From assembly GCA_046758745.1 (NCBI GenBank), contig JBHIAV010000015.1, positions 1 through 54,337 of the forward strand: 54,337 nt of DNA. The letters are read 5' to 3'. Below are positions 38,397-47,387 of this stretch, in pieces. How positions within the stretch are numbered: the first letter of the stretch is position 1; each line of letters starts with the position of its first letter. Position numbers and translations under genes: made by a program. Origin of the DNA: Gemmatimonadota bacterium (GTDB taxonomy: Bacteria > Gemmatimonadota > Gemmatimonadetes > Palauibacterales > Palauibacteraceae). The notes beneath the pieces were generated by a model. That model saw nothing but the letters and a program-made list of their open reading frames with translations, was not told the DNA's origin and made no database searches.

Positions 38397-40361
38397 CTAC
38401 GGTCTCACGAGTAGATAGCCCGCCATCTCTAGGTGCAGCGCGGAGCAAAACTCCGTGCAGTAGAAGGGGAAGACCCCTTCCCTGTCGGCGACGAACCGCA
38501 CCTCCTGCGACTCACCGGGCTCGAGGCTGAGGTTCACGTTGTACTTGTCGATCGCGAACCCATGCGTCGCATCCTTCGCCTGCTCGATGTTGGTGATGTG
38601 GACGACGACGTTGTCGCCCTTCTTCACCTCGATGCGCTCGGGGTTGAAGTGGCTCCGGATCGCGGTCATGTACACGTGCACCTCGTTCCCCCGTCGCTCG
38701 ACGCGCTCGGCGCCGGGCTGCGCCGCGCCCTCGACCCCGGACATCGTGGCGGGGTCGAAGCCGACCTCCGGGTACGTATCCCAAGCCTCGATCTTGTCCG
38801 CCTTGATGATCTGACCGTAGTGCGGCTCCCCGATACCGATCGGCGAGTCGTACAGGAGCTGCATGTTGGGACCCGCGATATCGATGAGCTGGAGGTTCTG
38901 CGGATGCAGGGGACCGACGGACGTGAAACGGTCGAGGGCCCACTTGTTCAGAGAGACCAGGTAGTTCCCATCCGGCGACTTCGTGTCGCCCTCCGCGGCC
39001 GCCACGTGCCCCACGTTGTAATGGATCGAAATCTTTTCGAGGACGCGGCCCTCACTGAGGCTCCACTTCGCGACCGTCGATTCCAGGAAGAGGCTCGTGA
39101 ACGCGATATCGTTGCTGGCGAACTGGGTGTGGAGAGGACCCAGGCCGAGCTCGACCTGCTTCTCCACCGCCGCGTCGAAGTCGATGATCGGCACGCCGTA
39201 GCGGTCGGTGCCGGAGAAGGTCTCGTTCCGGATCGCGTCCTGGATCTTGGCCCACGAATACACCGTGGCATGGGGGTCGAGCTTCCCGGAGACCACCAGC
39301 CGCGTCCCGTCAGGAGTGACGTCCATGCCGTGCGGGCTCTTGGGTTCGGGGATGAAGAAGAGGAGCTCTTCGGCCACCGCGGTCTGGAGGGGAATGACCC
39401 TCTGGCCCCGGATCGTCACCGTCTTCGCCGGCTGCGCCGCCACCTCGGCCGCACGTTGCCAGTTGATGACATGCAGGTAGTCCATGTCGTTGGCCGAGGC
39501 GCCGCCCTCGAAGGGAGGGTTCCCTTCCTCGATGCCACCCGTGGCCAGCTCCGTGTTGAAGGAGTTGATGAACGCCCAGCCGAAGGAGGGTCCCTTGCCG
39601 GCGTCGGCGAGATCCTGCCAGTAGGGCGGGAGCTCGATGGTGAAGCTGCCCGCCTCGTCGATGCGGCCGGCGTCGCGGTCGAACCTGTGGAAGGTGACGG
39701 CGCCCCGGTATCGCTCCGCGTACTCATCGATCCCGGCGTAGCTGCCGTCGAGCGGGGCGGCGTACTGTGCCGGCTCGATCACATACTCGGTGTTCGGCGT
39801 GACGTTGGCTCCGCCATGGTTCGACGCCAGCAACGGGTTGGTGACGATCTGCTTCGTCTCGAAGTCACGCAGATCGATCACCGCGATTCGCGGGTTCGCC
39901 TTGTCGTTGATGAAGAGGTACTCCCCGTCGTACTCCCCGTCCGTCTCCGAGAGCGCGGGGTGGTGCGTGTCGCCCCAGGTGATCGAATGCCCGCTCATCA
40001 TGCCGGACTCGAAGAGCGCCGCGTGCTCCTCCGCCCCGTAGCCGTACCCCTGCCACGGCTCCGGGGTGAAGACGCCGATCACCTTGAGCAGCCGCATGGA
40101 GGGCAGGCCGACGACGAGAACCTGTCCCGAGTGGCCGCCGGAGGCGAAGAGCAGGTAGTCATCTTCCTTCCCGGTGGGCACGTATGTCTTGACCGCCGCC
40201 GCGATGTCAGCCTCGCTCAGGCCGCGGGCCGCCGCGATGTCGCCGAGGTCTGCGCCCGGCCCTCCGGCCCCCGGACCGCCGCATCCAAAGGCGAGTCCGA
40301 CGAGGCCGAGCGCGATCCCCGACACGACGGCGACCGTCCGCGATCCTCTCGTTCTGCTCAT
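38397..40361 (-). CDS. nosZ: Sec-dependent (clade II) nitrous oxide reductase
   Basis: SGGHSGQ; CuZ His motifs DTHH, NHG, PHG, PLHT, VGH, EPH; CuA HGF...CTEFCSALHLEM; lipobox LAFG-C and no twin-Arg motif. Confidence 0.97.
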   Translation of the reverse strand: MSRTRGSRTVAVVSGIALGLVGLAFGCGGPGAGGPGADLGDIAAARGLSEADIAAAVKTYVPTGKEDDYLLFASGGHSGQVLVVGLPSMRLLKVIGVFTPEPWQGYGYGAEEHAALFESGMMSGHSITWGDTHHPALSETDGEYDGEYLFINDKANPRIAVIDLRDFETKQIVTNPLLASNHGGANVTPNTEYVIEPAQYAAPLDGSYAGIDEYAERYRGAVTFHRFDRDAGRIDEAGSFTIELPPYWQDLADAGKGPSFGWAFINSFNTELATGGIEEGNPPFEGGASANDMDYLHVINWQRAAEVAAQPAKTVTIRGQRVIPLQTAVAEELLFFIPEPKSPHGMDVTPDGTRLVVSGKLDPHATVYSWAKIQDAIRNETFSGTDRYGVPIIDFDAAVEKQVELGLGPLHTQFASNDIAFTSLFLESTVAKWSLSEGRVLEKISIHYNVGHVAAAEGDTKSPDGNYLVSLNKWALDRFTSVGPLHPQNLQLIDIAGPNMQLLYDSPIGIGEPHYGQIIKADKIEAWDTYPEVGFDPATMSGVEGAAQPGAERVERRGNEVHVYMTAIRSHFNPERIEVKKGDNVVVHITNIEQAKDATHGFAIDKYNVNLSLEPGESQEVRFVADREGVFPFYCTEFCSALHLEMAGYLLVRP

Positions 40362-40541
40362 CGTTCCCTCTCCTTCTGCCTGGTTCGGCCGGCCCGGTAG
40401 ATGCCATCCGTCCGGGCCCGGGTGTGTTTCGACCCCCCACAGCGGCGCCGGGCTCCCGGCCCGCCACCCGTCCCCATGGTGGCTCGTGCTCCCGGCCACC
40501 CTCACGATCGGGATGGGCTTGTCCTCTCGGCGCTTGTCGCA

Positions 40542-40634
40542 AAGCTAGCCGCGACGCCGGGAAGCGTCTGTCGGGAGGGGGCTGCGTTCCGGTGTAGTCC
40601 GGGAGGGAGAGCAGCCAGTGGGGCTTTTCCCTAC
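40542..40634 (-). promoter_or_regulatory. putative activator-dependent nosZ promoter
   Basis: -35 CAGACG-N17-TAGCTT; upstream imperfect palindrome GTGGGG-N5-CCCTAC at 40618-40634; same layout upstream of usp. Confidence 0.62.
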
Positions 40635-41581
40635 TTCGCGGCTTGCGCGCGCCCATTCCGCCCTTCCCCCGTCCCCTCCCCCACCTCGAGCAGCGACTTC
40701 CCGGTCGCTTTCAAAGTGAGGACGGAGCACGGAGCCTGACGGACGACGCGCTCGGTGACGCTGCCCAGGAGGACGTCCAGGATTCCCGTCAGTCCGTGGC
40801 TCGCGATCACGATCAGATCGGCATCCTTCTCCTTCGCGTACCGGGCGATCTCATGGGCGACCGATCCGACCACCGCTGCCGTCTCCCCCTCGACCGGAGG
40901 GCCCTCGGTGCTCTCGAGCAGCGCCTCGAGCCGCCGGATCGCTTCCTCCCGCAGCTCCTGAGCGCCAAGCGGACGAATCGTCGACGGGAAGTAGAAGTCC
41001 GGGTATACCACCTCGTGCACGACGTGCAGGAGGTCGAGCCGCGCCTTCAGGGCCGAGGCCAGCTCCCGAGCGTGGGAGACGGCGAGCCGCGAGTGTTGCG
41101 AGAAGTCGACGGGAGCGACGATGCGCCGGAAGTCGCCGGACGTCTTCGTCTTCTCGTCCTCCCTTACGGTGAGGACCGGACATCGCGCGAACCGGACCAC
41201 CTCCTCCGCCACGCTGCCCATCACGAAGCGGCGCAGACCGCGCCGGCCGTGCGTACCCATGACGATGAGGTCGATGTGGTGTTCCACCGCGTAGTCGAGG
41301 ATCACGCTCGCGGCGGAGAAGCCGCGCTGCTGAGCGTGGAAGACTCGCACGCCGGAGGTCGTGGCGGCGCCGTCGCCTCCATCGGTCGTGCCGAGGGTCA
41401 CCTCCTCCACCTCGGGGAAGCGGTGCGCCGGATCGGCGGGGTCGGCGGCGTGCAGCGCAAGGGCGTGCAGCATATGCAGCTCCGCTCCGTATCGCTGAGC
41501 GAGCCGCTCCGCGTACGGGAAGGCGTGGTTCGAGCACGCGGAGAAGTCCGTCGGAAACAGGATGCGCGCTATCCTCAACAT
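40631..41581 (-). CDS. universal stress protein (tandem Usp domains)
   Basis: ILFPTDFS...DLIVMGTHGR..MGSVAE.VVR and IVAPVDFS...DLIVIASHG..LGSVTERVVR. Confidence 0.95.
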   Translation of the reverse strand: MLRIARILFPTDFSACSNHAFPYAERLAQRYGAELHMLHALALHAADPADPAHRFPEVEEVTLGTTDGGDGAATTSGVRVFHAQQRGFSAASVILDYAVEHHIDLIVMGTHGRRGLRRFVMGSVAEEVVRFARCPVLTVREDEKTKTSGDFRRIVAPVDFSQHSRLAVSHARELASALKARLDLLHVVHEVVYPDFYFPSTIRPLGAQELREEAIRRLEALLESTEGPPVEGETAAVVGSVAHEIARYAKEKDADLIVIASHGLTGILDVLLGSVTERVVRQAPCSVLTLKATGKSLLEVGEGTGEGRNGRAQAAK

Positions 41582-41616
41582 GGTACGCTCGCTGGTTGGA
41601 GTCTGCCGCTGACTCC

Positions 41617-41707
41617 ATCGTACCGCTCTCGGCGTCCCGCGTCTGTCGGGGGCGTCCGGCGATGTGTAGTGGGGAGAGGCTCGCGACCTTGTGGGAGAAA
41701 CCCCGAC
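41617..41707 (-). promoter_or_regulatory. putative activator-dependent usp promoter
   Basis: -35 CAGACG-N17-TACGAT; imperfect palindrome GTGGGA-N5-CCCGAC at 41691-41707. Confidence 0.62.
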
Positions 41708-41715
41708 CCGGGGGC

Positions 41716-42372
41716 TCAGTCGCTTCGCAGGAGCCCCGTCTTGAGGGCGAAACGAACGAGCTCGGTCCGGTGGTGGAGGCGGAGCTTCTGCATGATCCGC
41801 GAGCGGTAGGTGTCCACCGTCTTCGGTGAGATGAAGAGCCTCTCGCCGATCTCGCTCGAGCTGTACCCCTCCGCGGTGAGGGCGAGGACCTCGCGCTCGC
41901 GGGGACTCAGGCGGTGCAGGGGGCTGGCCTCCGCCCCCGCCTCGCTCTCCTGGTAGCGCCTCAGGAGGAGCTTGGCGGCCGATGGGTAGAGGAACACCTC
42001 CCCGCGGGCGACCTCTCGTATCGCGCGCAGCAGATCGGTGTCCGCCCGTGTCTTCGTCACGTACCCGCTGCCCCCCGCGTCGAGCACCGGGAAGAGGTAC
42101 GTCTCCTCGGCGTGGGCGGTGAGCACCAGCACACGCGCCCCGAGGTCCAGGGCGGCGATGCGTCGGGTGGCCTCCAGCCCTCCCATTCCGGGCATCGACA
42201 GGTCCATGACGACCACGTCGGGCCCCAGCTTGCGGGCCTTGTCCACCGCCTCCTCCCCATCCCCGGCTTCGCCGACCACCTCGAGGTCCGGCTCCGCCTC
42301 GATCAGAGCCGCCAGCCCTGCCCGGAGGACCGCATGGTCATCGGCCAAGAGCACGCGGACCCGCTCAGCCAA
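41716..42372 (-). CDS. NarL/NreC-family response regulator (REC + LuxR HTH)
   Basis: LLADDH, VVMDLSMPG, LSPREREVL...ISPKTVDTYRSRIMQKL. Confidence 0.95.
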   Translation of the reverse strand: MAERVRVLLADDHAVLRAGLAALIEAEPDLEVVGEAGDGEEAVDKARKLGPDVVVMDLSMPGMGGLEATRRIAALDLGARVLVLTAHAEETYLFPVLDAGGSGYVTKTRADTDLLRAIREVARGEVFLYPSAAKLLLRRYQESEAGAEASPLHRLSPREREVLALTAEGYSSSEIGERLFISPKTVDTYRSRIMQKLRLHHRTELVRFALKTGLLRSD

Positions 42373-43477
42373 CCGCGCCTCCCTCCCGCACGGGAATCTC
42401 CGCCCGAATGGTCGTTCCCTCCCCGGGTCGACTGTCGATGATGACGCGGCCGCGCACGTAGCTGGCGCGTTCGGTCATCCCGAACAGGCCGAGCCCGCGC
42501 TCGTCCCGCGTCATCAGCTCGCCGACCGAGAAGCCCGTCCCGTCGTCCTTCACCTCCGCGACGACCAAGTTCCCCTGCCGGCGCAGGCGTACCCATGCGC
42601 GGCTGGCGTAGGCATGACGCACCGTGTTGGAGAGCGCCTCCTGCACGATGCGGTAGAGCACGAGCTGCGCCTCGTCCGTGAGCGCATCGTCCAGAGGATC
42701 GGCCTCGACCTCGATCGCGAGTCCCGCCGTCTCCCGCAGCGAGCGGGCGTGCTCCTGAATGGCGGCCACGATCCCGAGCTCATCGAGGGCCGGCGGCCGG
42801 AGGTCGCGGGCTATCCGCCGCACTCCGTCCGCGGCCTCCGCGATCTCGAGGCGCAGCTCCTCCAGCAGCTCCTGAACCGACAGCACGTCCGGGCCGCGCT
42901 GCGCGACTCGAAGGCGGATGAGGATCGCCGCCAGCGTCTGCAGGGTCTCGTCGTGCAGCTCGCGGGCGACTCGCTTTCGCTCCTCCTCGGTGGCGCGAAG
43001 GGCCTGCGCCCCGAAGGCCCGAACCCGCCGCCGCTCGGTCATGTCCCGCACGGTCGCGATGATCACCAGTCCCCGCTCGGTGAACGCCGGGCTCAGGCTG
43101 ATCTCGACGGGAAACTCGCTTCCGTCGCCGCGCCGTCCGTACAGCTCCAGGCCACTACCCATCGGTCGGCTGCGCGGGCGGGCGGCGAAAGCGCTGCGCT
43201 CCTGCCGGTGCGCCGGGCGGGAGGCCGCCGGGACGAGCAGCTCGACGGCTTTCCCGATGAGATCGGAGCGGGAGTATCCGAAGAGCCGCTCGACCTTAGC
43301 GTTGACGGCCCGGATCTGGCCGTCCTCACCCACCACGACGATGCCGTCCGGCGACGCCTCGAAGAGGACCCGGAGCTCCGTGGCCGTCAGGTCCACCGCT
43401 TCGGTGGCGGTGGCGTCGGAGGCAGCCGGCTCGCGCTCTCTCTGGTCGGATTCCCCTCGGGCAGGAAGATCGGCCAT
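42365..43477 (-). CDS. cytoplasmic PAS-domain histidine kinase (HisKA_3)
   Basis: PAS SPDGIVVV...AH...RPMG...DGSEFPVEISLS; ARELHDE; QEALSNTVRHA; DDGTGF; GLGLFGMTER; no TM. Confidence 0.95.
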   Translation of the reverse strand: MADLPARGESDQREREPAASDATATEAVDLTATELRVLFEASPDGIVVVGEDGQIRAVNAKVERLFGYSRSDLIGKAVELLVPAASRPAHRQERSAFAARPRSRPMGSGLELYGRRGDGSEFPVEISLSPAFTERGLVIIATVRDMTERRRVRAFGAQALRATEEERKRVARELHDETLQTLAAILIRLRVAQRGPDVLSVQELLEELRLEIAEAADGVRRIARDLRPPALDELGIVAAIQEHARSLRETAGLAIEVEADPLDDALTDEAQLVLYRIVQEALSNTVRHAYASRAWVRLRRQGNLVVAEVKDDGTGFSVGELMTRDERGLGLFGMTERASYVRGRVIIDSRPGEGTTIRAEIPVREGGAVG

Positions 43478-43532
43478 CGCGCGCTAAACTGAGGGACGGC
43501 GGCCGGGCGCGACAGCCCCGAGCCGCGCTCGC

Positions 43533-44924
43533 CTACGCGGCCAGGCTGGCGAACAGGTTGTTGAGCGACTCGGCCAGCGTGGGATGGGAGAACACCGCAT
43601 CGCGCAGCGCAGTGTACGGAAGGCCTCCCATCATGGCGAGCTGCACCATCGACATGATCTCGCCTCCCTCGATCCCGACGATCGAGAAGCCCAGGATGCG
43701 TCCGCTGTCCGCCTCCACCACAGCCTTCATGAACCCGCGTGCCTCATCCACCTCCAGCGCCCGCGCCACGTGGCTCATCGGCATCTTCGCCACACGGATG
43801 TCGAGGCCCTGCGCTCTTGCTTCGTCCGCCCGTAGGCCGACGCCGGCCACCTGCGGGTCGATGTACACGGTGTACGGGACGAGCCGACCCACGGTGCTCG
43901 CGTTCCCTCCTTCGAGCAGGTTGGAACGAATGATCCGGTAGTCGTCGTACGAGATGTGCGTGAAGGCGGGCCCGCCGTTCACGTCGCCGAGCGCCCAGAT
44001 CCCGGGCACATTCGTCTCCAGCCGCTCGTTGACCGGGATGAAGCCCATGGCGTCGGTCTGCACCCCCGCCGCTTCCAGCTTCAGGGAGTGCGAGTTCGGG
44101 GTTCGCCCGACCGCCAGCAGGAGGTGCGAGCCCTGGATAGTCCCGCTCTCCTCAGCTGACTCCAGCGAGAGCCGCACGACGCCTTCGCCCCCCTCCACGC
44201 GGACGGCCGTCGTGCCCACCCGCACGTCGATGCCCTCGTCGATCAGGATTGAAGCGACGGCCTCGCTCACATCGGGGTCATCTGTGGGAAGGAGACGCCG
44301 GGCCAGTTCGACGATCGTCACACGCCCCCCGAAACGCCGGAACATCTGGCCGAACTCGAGCCCGACGTATCCGCCACCGAGGACGATGAGGTGCTCGGGG
44401 ACCTCTTCGAGCTCCATGATCGACGTCGAGTCCAGGTAGTCCACATCCTGGAGGCCGGGTATTCCCGGCACGGCGGGGCGGGCGCCCGTGTTGATGAAGA
44501 TCCGCTCGGAGACCAGCGTACGGGATCCGCCATCCCGAAGATCCACATGGAGCTGCCGGGGCCCGATGAAGCTCGCCTCGCCCATGACCAGGTCCAGGGC
44601 CTCGTGTCTCTGCAAGCCACGCGTGGAGCCGGCCCGGAAGCTCTCGACGATGGCCCGCTTCCTCCGGCGCACCATCTTCTGGTCCACCGTCGGGTCGGGT
44701 GCGTGTACGCCGTAGTCGGGGGCGCGCCGGACCAGGTGAGCGACGCGGGCGCTCGCGACCATCGTCTTCGTCGGAGTGCAGCCCACGTTCACGCAGCTCC
44801 CGCCCACGTGTTCCCGCTCGACGATCGCGGTCTTCCAACCGGCGCCGGCGAACGCAGCCGCGAGGGGCTTGCCGCCCTGGCCCGTCCCGATCACGATCGC
44901 GTCATACCGCTCTGCCCGTGTCAT
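43533..44924 (-). CDS. class I pyridine nucleotide-disulfide oxidoreductase (MerA/RclA-like)
   Basis: [35 protein letters not shown]; no HMA domain and no C-terminal Cys-Cys. Confidence 0.9.
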   Translation of the reverse strand: MTRAERYDAIVIGTGQGGKPLAAAFAGAGWKTAIVEREHVGGSCVNVGCTPTKTMVASARVAHLVRRAPDYGVHAPDPTVDQKMVRRRKRAIVESFRAGSTRGLQRHEALDLVMGEASFIGPRQLHVDLRDGGSRTLVSERIFINTGARPAVPGIPGLQDVDYLDSTSIMELEEVPEHLIVLGGGYVGLEFGQMFRRFGGRVTIVELARRLLPTDDPDVSEAVASILIDEGIDVRVGTTAVRVEGGEGVVRLSLESAEESGTIQGSHLLLAVGRTPNSHSLKLEAAGVQTDAMGFIPVNERLETNVPGIWALGDVNGGPAFTHISYDDYRIIRSNLLEGGNASTVGRLVPYTVYIDPQVAGVGLRADEARAQGLDIRVAKMPMSHVARALEVDEARGFMKAVVEADSGRILGFSIVGIEGGEIMSMVQLAMMGGLPYTALRDAVFSHPTLAESLNNLFASLAA

Positions 44925-45050
44925 CGCCGAGGCTCCTGGTGTGGGCGCATTCCCAGCTCGGGGCGTTCCGTCGAGCCTCGGCGCCCTCCGGCTCGCGAAT
45001 CGGCTCGGGTGGGGCGGCGAGACCGCGCGCTTCGCGCCTCGCGCTACGCT

Positions 45051-46319
45051 CTATGCAGCACCGTCCGCTCTCTCCAGAACAGTAGCGGAAGCGGTCCCCC
45101 CGGCCCCGCAGATGCTCACCAGGCCGTATCGGGCGCCGCGCCGCTTCATCTCGTTGGCCAGCGCCGTGACGATGCGGATACCGGTCGCCGCGAACGGGTG
45201 GCCCACGGCGATCGAGCCGCCGAGCGGGTTCAGCCGCTCCGCTTCCACCGTACCGATCGCCGGCTCCTTCCAGCCTCTCTCCCATGCCCGCAGGTTGCAG
45301 GCGATCTGGCCCGCGAACGCCTCGTGCATCTCGACGATGTCCATGTCGGAGAGAGCCAGCCCCTCGGCCCGGAGAAGCCTCGGCACGGCGATCCCCGGCC
45401 CCATGAGGAGGCCGTCGTCAGGATCGATCCCGACATTGCGGAAGCCGCGTATGAAGGCGAGAGGCTCCCTCCCCTCACGACGCGCCCGCTCCTCCGACAT
45501 GAGAAGGAGCGCTGCTGCTCCGTCCGTCAGCGGGCTCGAGTTTCCGGCCGTGATGGTGCCGCTCGGGCTGCGGTCGAACACGGGCGGAAGCCTGGCCAGC
45601 TTCCCCGGCGTCGTGTCCGGTCGGACGAGGAGGTCGCGGTCCACTCCGTCCACCGGATGGATCTCGGCCGTTAGGCGTCCATCCTCGGTGGCCGCGTGCG
45701 CCCGCATGTGGCTCCGGTAGGCGATGGTGTCCTGCTCCTCGCGCGGGATCTTCCACTCCTTGACCATCAGCTCGCAGTGCTCTCCCATGGAGAGCCCCGT
45801 CGAAGGCTCCTCGATCCCCGGGGAGGTCGGCTTGAAGTGCCACGGCCGCAGGCGAAGAAGCGCTCGGAGGCGCCCGCCCGGAGTCTTCGCCGTGGCGGCG
45901 TCCAGGAAGATACGACTGGCGGCCCGGCCGAAGAGGACGGCCGTGTTCGACATCGACTCCACGCCGCCCGCGATCCCGATCTCGATGCGGCCGGAGGCGA
46001 TCGAATGGTAGATCGCCTGAATGGCCGATGTGCCCGTGATGCAGTTGTCCGTCAGCGTGAGGGCGCGCACCGAAGCGGGAAGTCCGCTCGCGAACACGAT
46101 CTCTCGCGCCATGTGCGGGATGCGGGGATCCACGACCACGATCCCGTATGCCAGCTCCGCCACGGCGGCGGGATCGAGGCTCTGCATCTCGATGAGGCCG
46201 TCGATCGAGTGTGCGGCGAGCTCGAGGGCGGAGCGCTTCCGGAAAACCGTGCCGGCCTTCACGAAGGGAGTGCGGGCGCCCCCGATGACGGCGACCCGGA
46301 TCCGTGGTGCCTGGCTCAT
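45051..46319 (-). CDS. acetyl-CoA C-acyltransferase (thiolase, FadI-like)
   Basis: DNCITG, AGNSSPLTDGA, HEAFA, GHPFAATG, SICGAGG. Confidence 0.93.
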   Translation of the reverse strand: MSQAPRIRVAVIGGARTPFVKAGTVFRKRSALELAAHSIDGLIEMQSLDPAAVAELAYGIVVVDPRIPHMAREIVFASGLPASVRALTLTDNCITGTSAIQAIYHSIASGRIEIGIAGGVESMSNTAVLFGRAASRIFLDAATAKTPGGRLRALLRLRPWHFKPTSPGIEEPSTGLSMGEHCELMVKEWKIPREEQDTIAYRSHMRAHAATEDGRLTAEIHPVDGVDRDLLVRPDTTPGKLARLPPVFDRSPSGTITAGNSSPLTDGAAALLLMSEERARREGREPLAFIRGFRNVGIDPDDGLLMGPGIAVPRLLRAEGLALSDMDIVEMHEAFAGQIACNLRAWERGWKEPAIGTVEAERLNPLGGSIAVGHPFAATGIRIVTALANEMKRRGARYGLVSICGAGGTASATVLERADGAA

Positions 46320-46577
46320 CGCACCTCACTCCTGCCGCACGGATCTCGGAGAGGACGGCCGGCGAGCGGAGGAGTCCGAACCGTCCTCGCCAAGCGGGCT
46401 CCGAGGTGCGTTCTCCATTTCGTCCGGACCGCCAGCGCCATACCGCGGCCGGCGCTTAGGCAACCACAACATACCGTTCCTCATGCACTTACGCCAGAGC
46501 GGAACGCAGGCTGCCAAGCGGGGCGAGCTCGCTGAAGACGAAGCTCGGTCGCCCCGTCCAGGTACCTCCCGGACCCC

Positions 46578-47309
46578 TCAGGGCAGCCGCGCGGCCGCGT
46601 GACGGTCGACCAGCCACACGAGGGAGCCCTGCCGAGGTCGCACGAGAGCCGCGGGGAGGGACGAGGCCGCCGGGTCTGCTGCCTTCCCGAGCACCAGGGC
46701 CAGGGCGGCGGCCTTGGCGGCGCCGGTTGCCAGGAAGATGACCTTCCGCGCTCCGTTGATCGTACGCAGGGTGAGGCTCAGGCGGCGCCGCGGCGTAGCC
46801 GGTCCGAGGGTGGATATCACCCAGCGCAGCTCGCCTCCGAGGTTCGGCGTGTCCGGGAAGAGCGACGCCGTGTGGCCGTCGGCGCCGATGCCGAGCAGGA
46901 CCAGGTCGAGTCGGGGCGCGGCGCCCAGCGTCTCGAGGAGCGCCGCCTCGTACTCGGCGGCGGCCGAGAAAGGCTCGACCTCGCCCCGCATGCGGTGCAC
47001 CGCCAGTCGGGCAACCGGCACGCGGTCGAGGAGTGCCTCACGAGCCATCCGGTAGTTGCTCTCCGAGTGGTCCGGCGGCACGCACCGCTCGTCCCCCCAG
47101 AAGACCTCCAGACGCCGCCAATCGATCCGGCTCCGGTGAGGCTCGCCGGCCAGCTTTCGGTACAGCTGCCGGGGGGTCCTCCCGCCCGCCAGCGCGATTG
47201 AACACGAGCCGCGCCGAGCGATCGCGTTTCGCACGGACCTCGTCACCTCACGAGCCGCCGCGTCCGCCAGGACCTCCGCGTCGTCCAGGACGAGGAGCTT
47301 CCGGCTCAC
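46578..47309 (-). CDS. pgl: 6-phosphogluconolactonase
   Basis: ALAGGRTP, FWGDERCVPP, LLGIGADGHTASLFP. Confidence 0.95.
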   Translation of the reverse strand: MSRKLLVLDDAEVLADAAAREVTRSVRNAIARRGSCSIALAGGRTPRQLYRKLAGEPHRSRIDWRRLEVFWGDERCVPPDHSESNYRMAREALLDRVPVARLAVHRMRGEVEPFSAAAEYEAALLETLGAAPRLDLVLLGIGADGHTASLFPDTPNLGGELRWVISTLGPATPRRRLSLTLRTINGARKVIFLATGAAKAAALALVLGKAADPAASSLPAALVRPRQGSLVWLVDRHAAARLP

Positions 47310-47387
47310 GCGCTCCTCACCAGGGTCGCCGGCCGGTCTCTCGCGGGTCCGGCTCGTGGAGGGCGCCGGTGAAACGCGGCTGCTCCG

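Noticed and set aside
38433-40400. 655-aa plus-strand ORF and similar long antisense ORFs (16182-18173, 20635-22461, 29700-31673, 31559-33709, 47466-49031)
   Set aside because: Shadow or alternate frames of well-supported genes; stop-poor because of high GC, with Arg/Pro/Gly-rich or mirror composition.
32038-40505. Long N-terminal extensions on cbaA, nosY, nosF, nosD and nosZ in the ORF track, suggesting fusions
   Set aside because: The extensions are low-complexity and mostly overlap the upstream genes in other frames; coupled or SD-supported starts exist at 33660, 35358, 36179, 37642 and 40361.
40362-40535. Riboswitch in the long nosZ leader
   Set aside because: GC-rich pairing is possible, but I recognised no conserved aptamer motif or terminator.
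43533-44924. merA mercury resistance
   Set aside because: No N-terminal HMA domain, no C-terminal Cys-Cys, and no merR/T/P nearby.
46440-46500. AT-richer tract upstream of the thiolase as a specific operator
   Set aside because: Probably just the promoter (TATGTT on the minus strand); no convincing palindrome or second copy.
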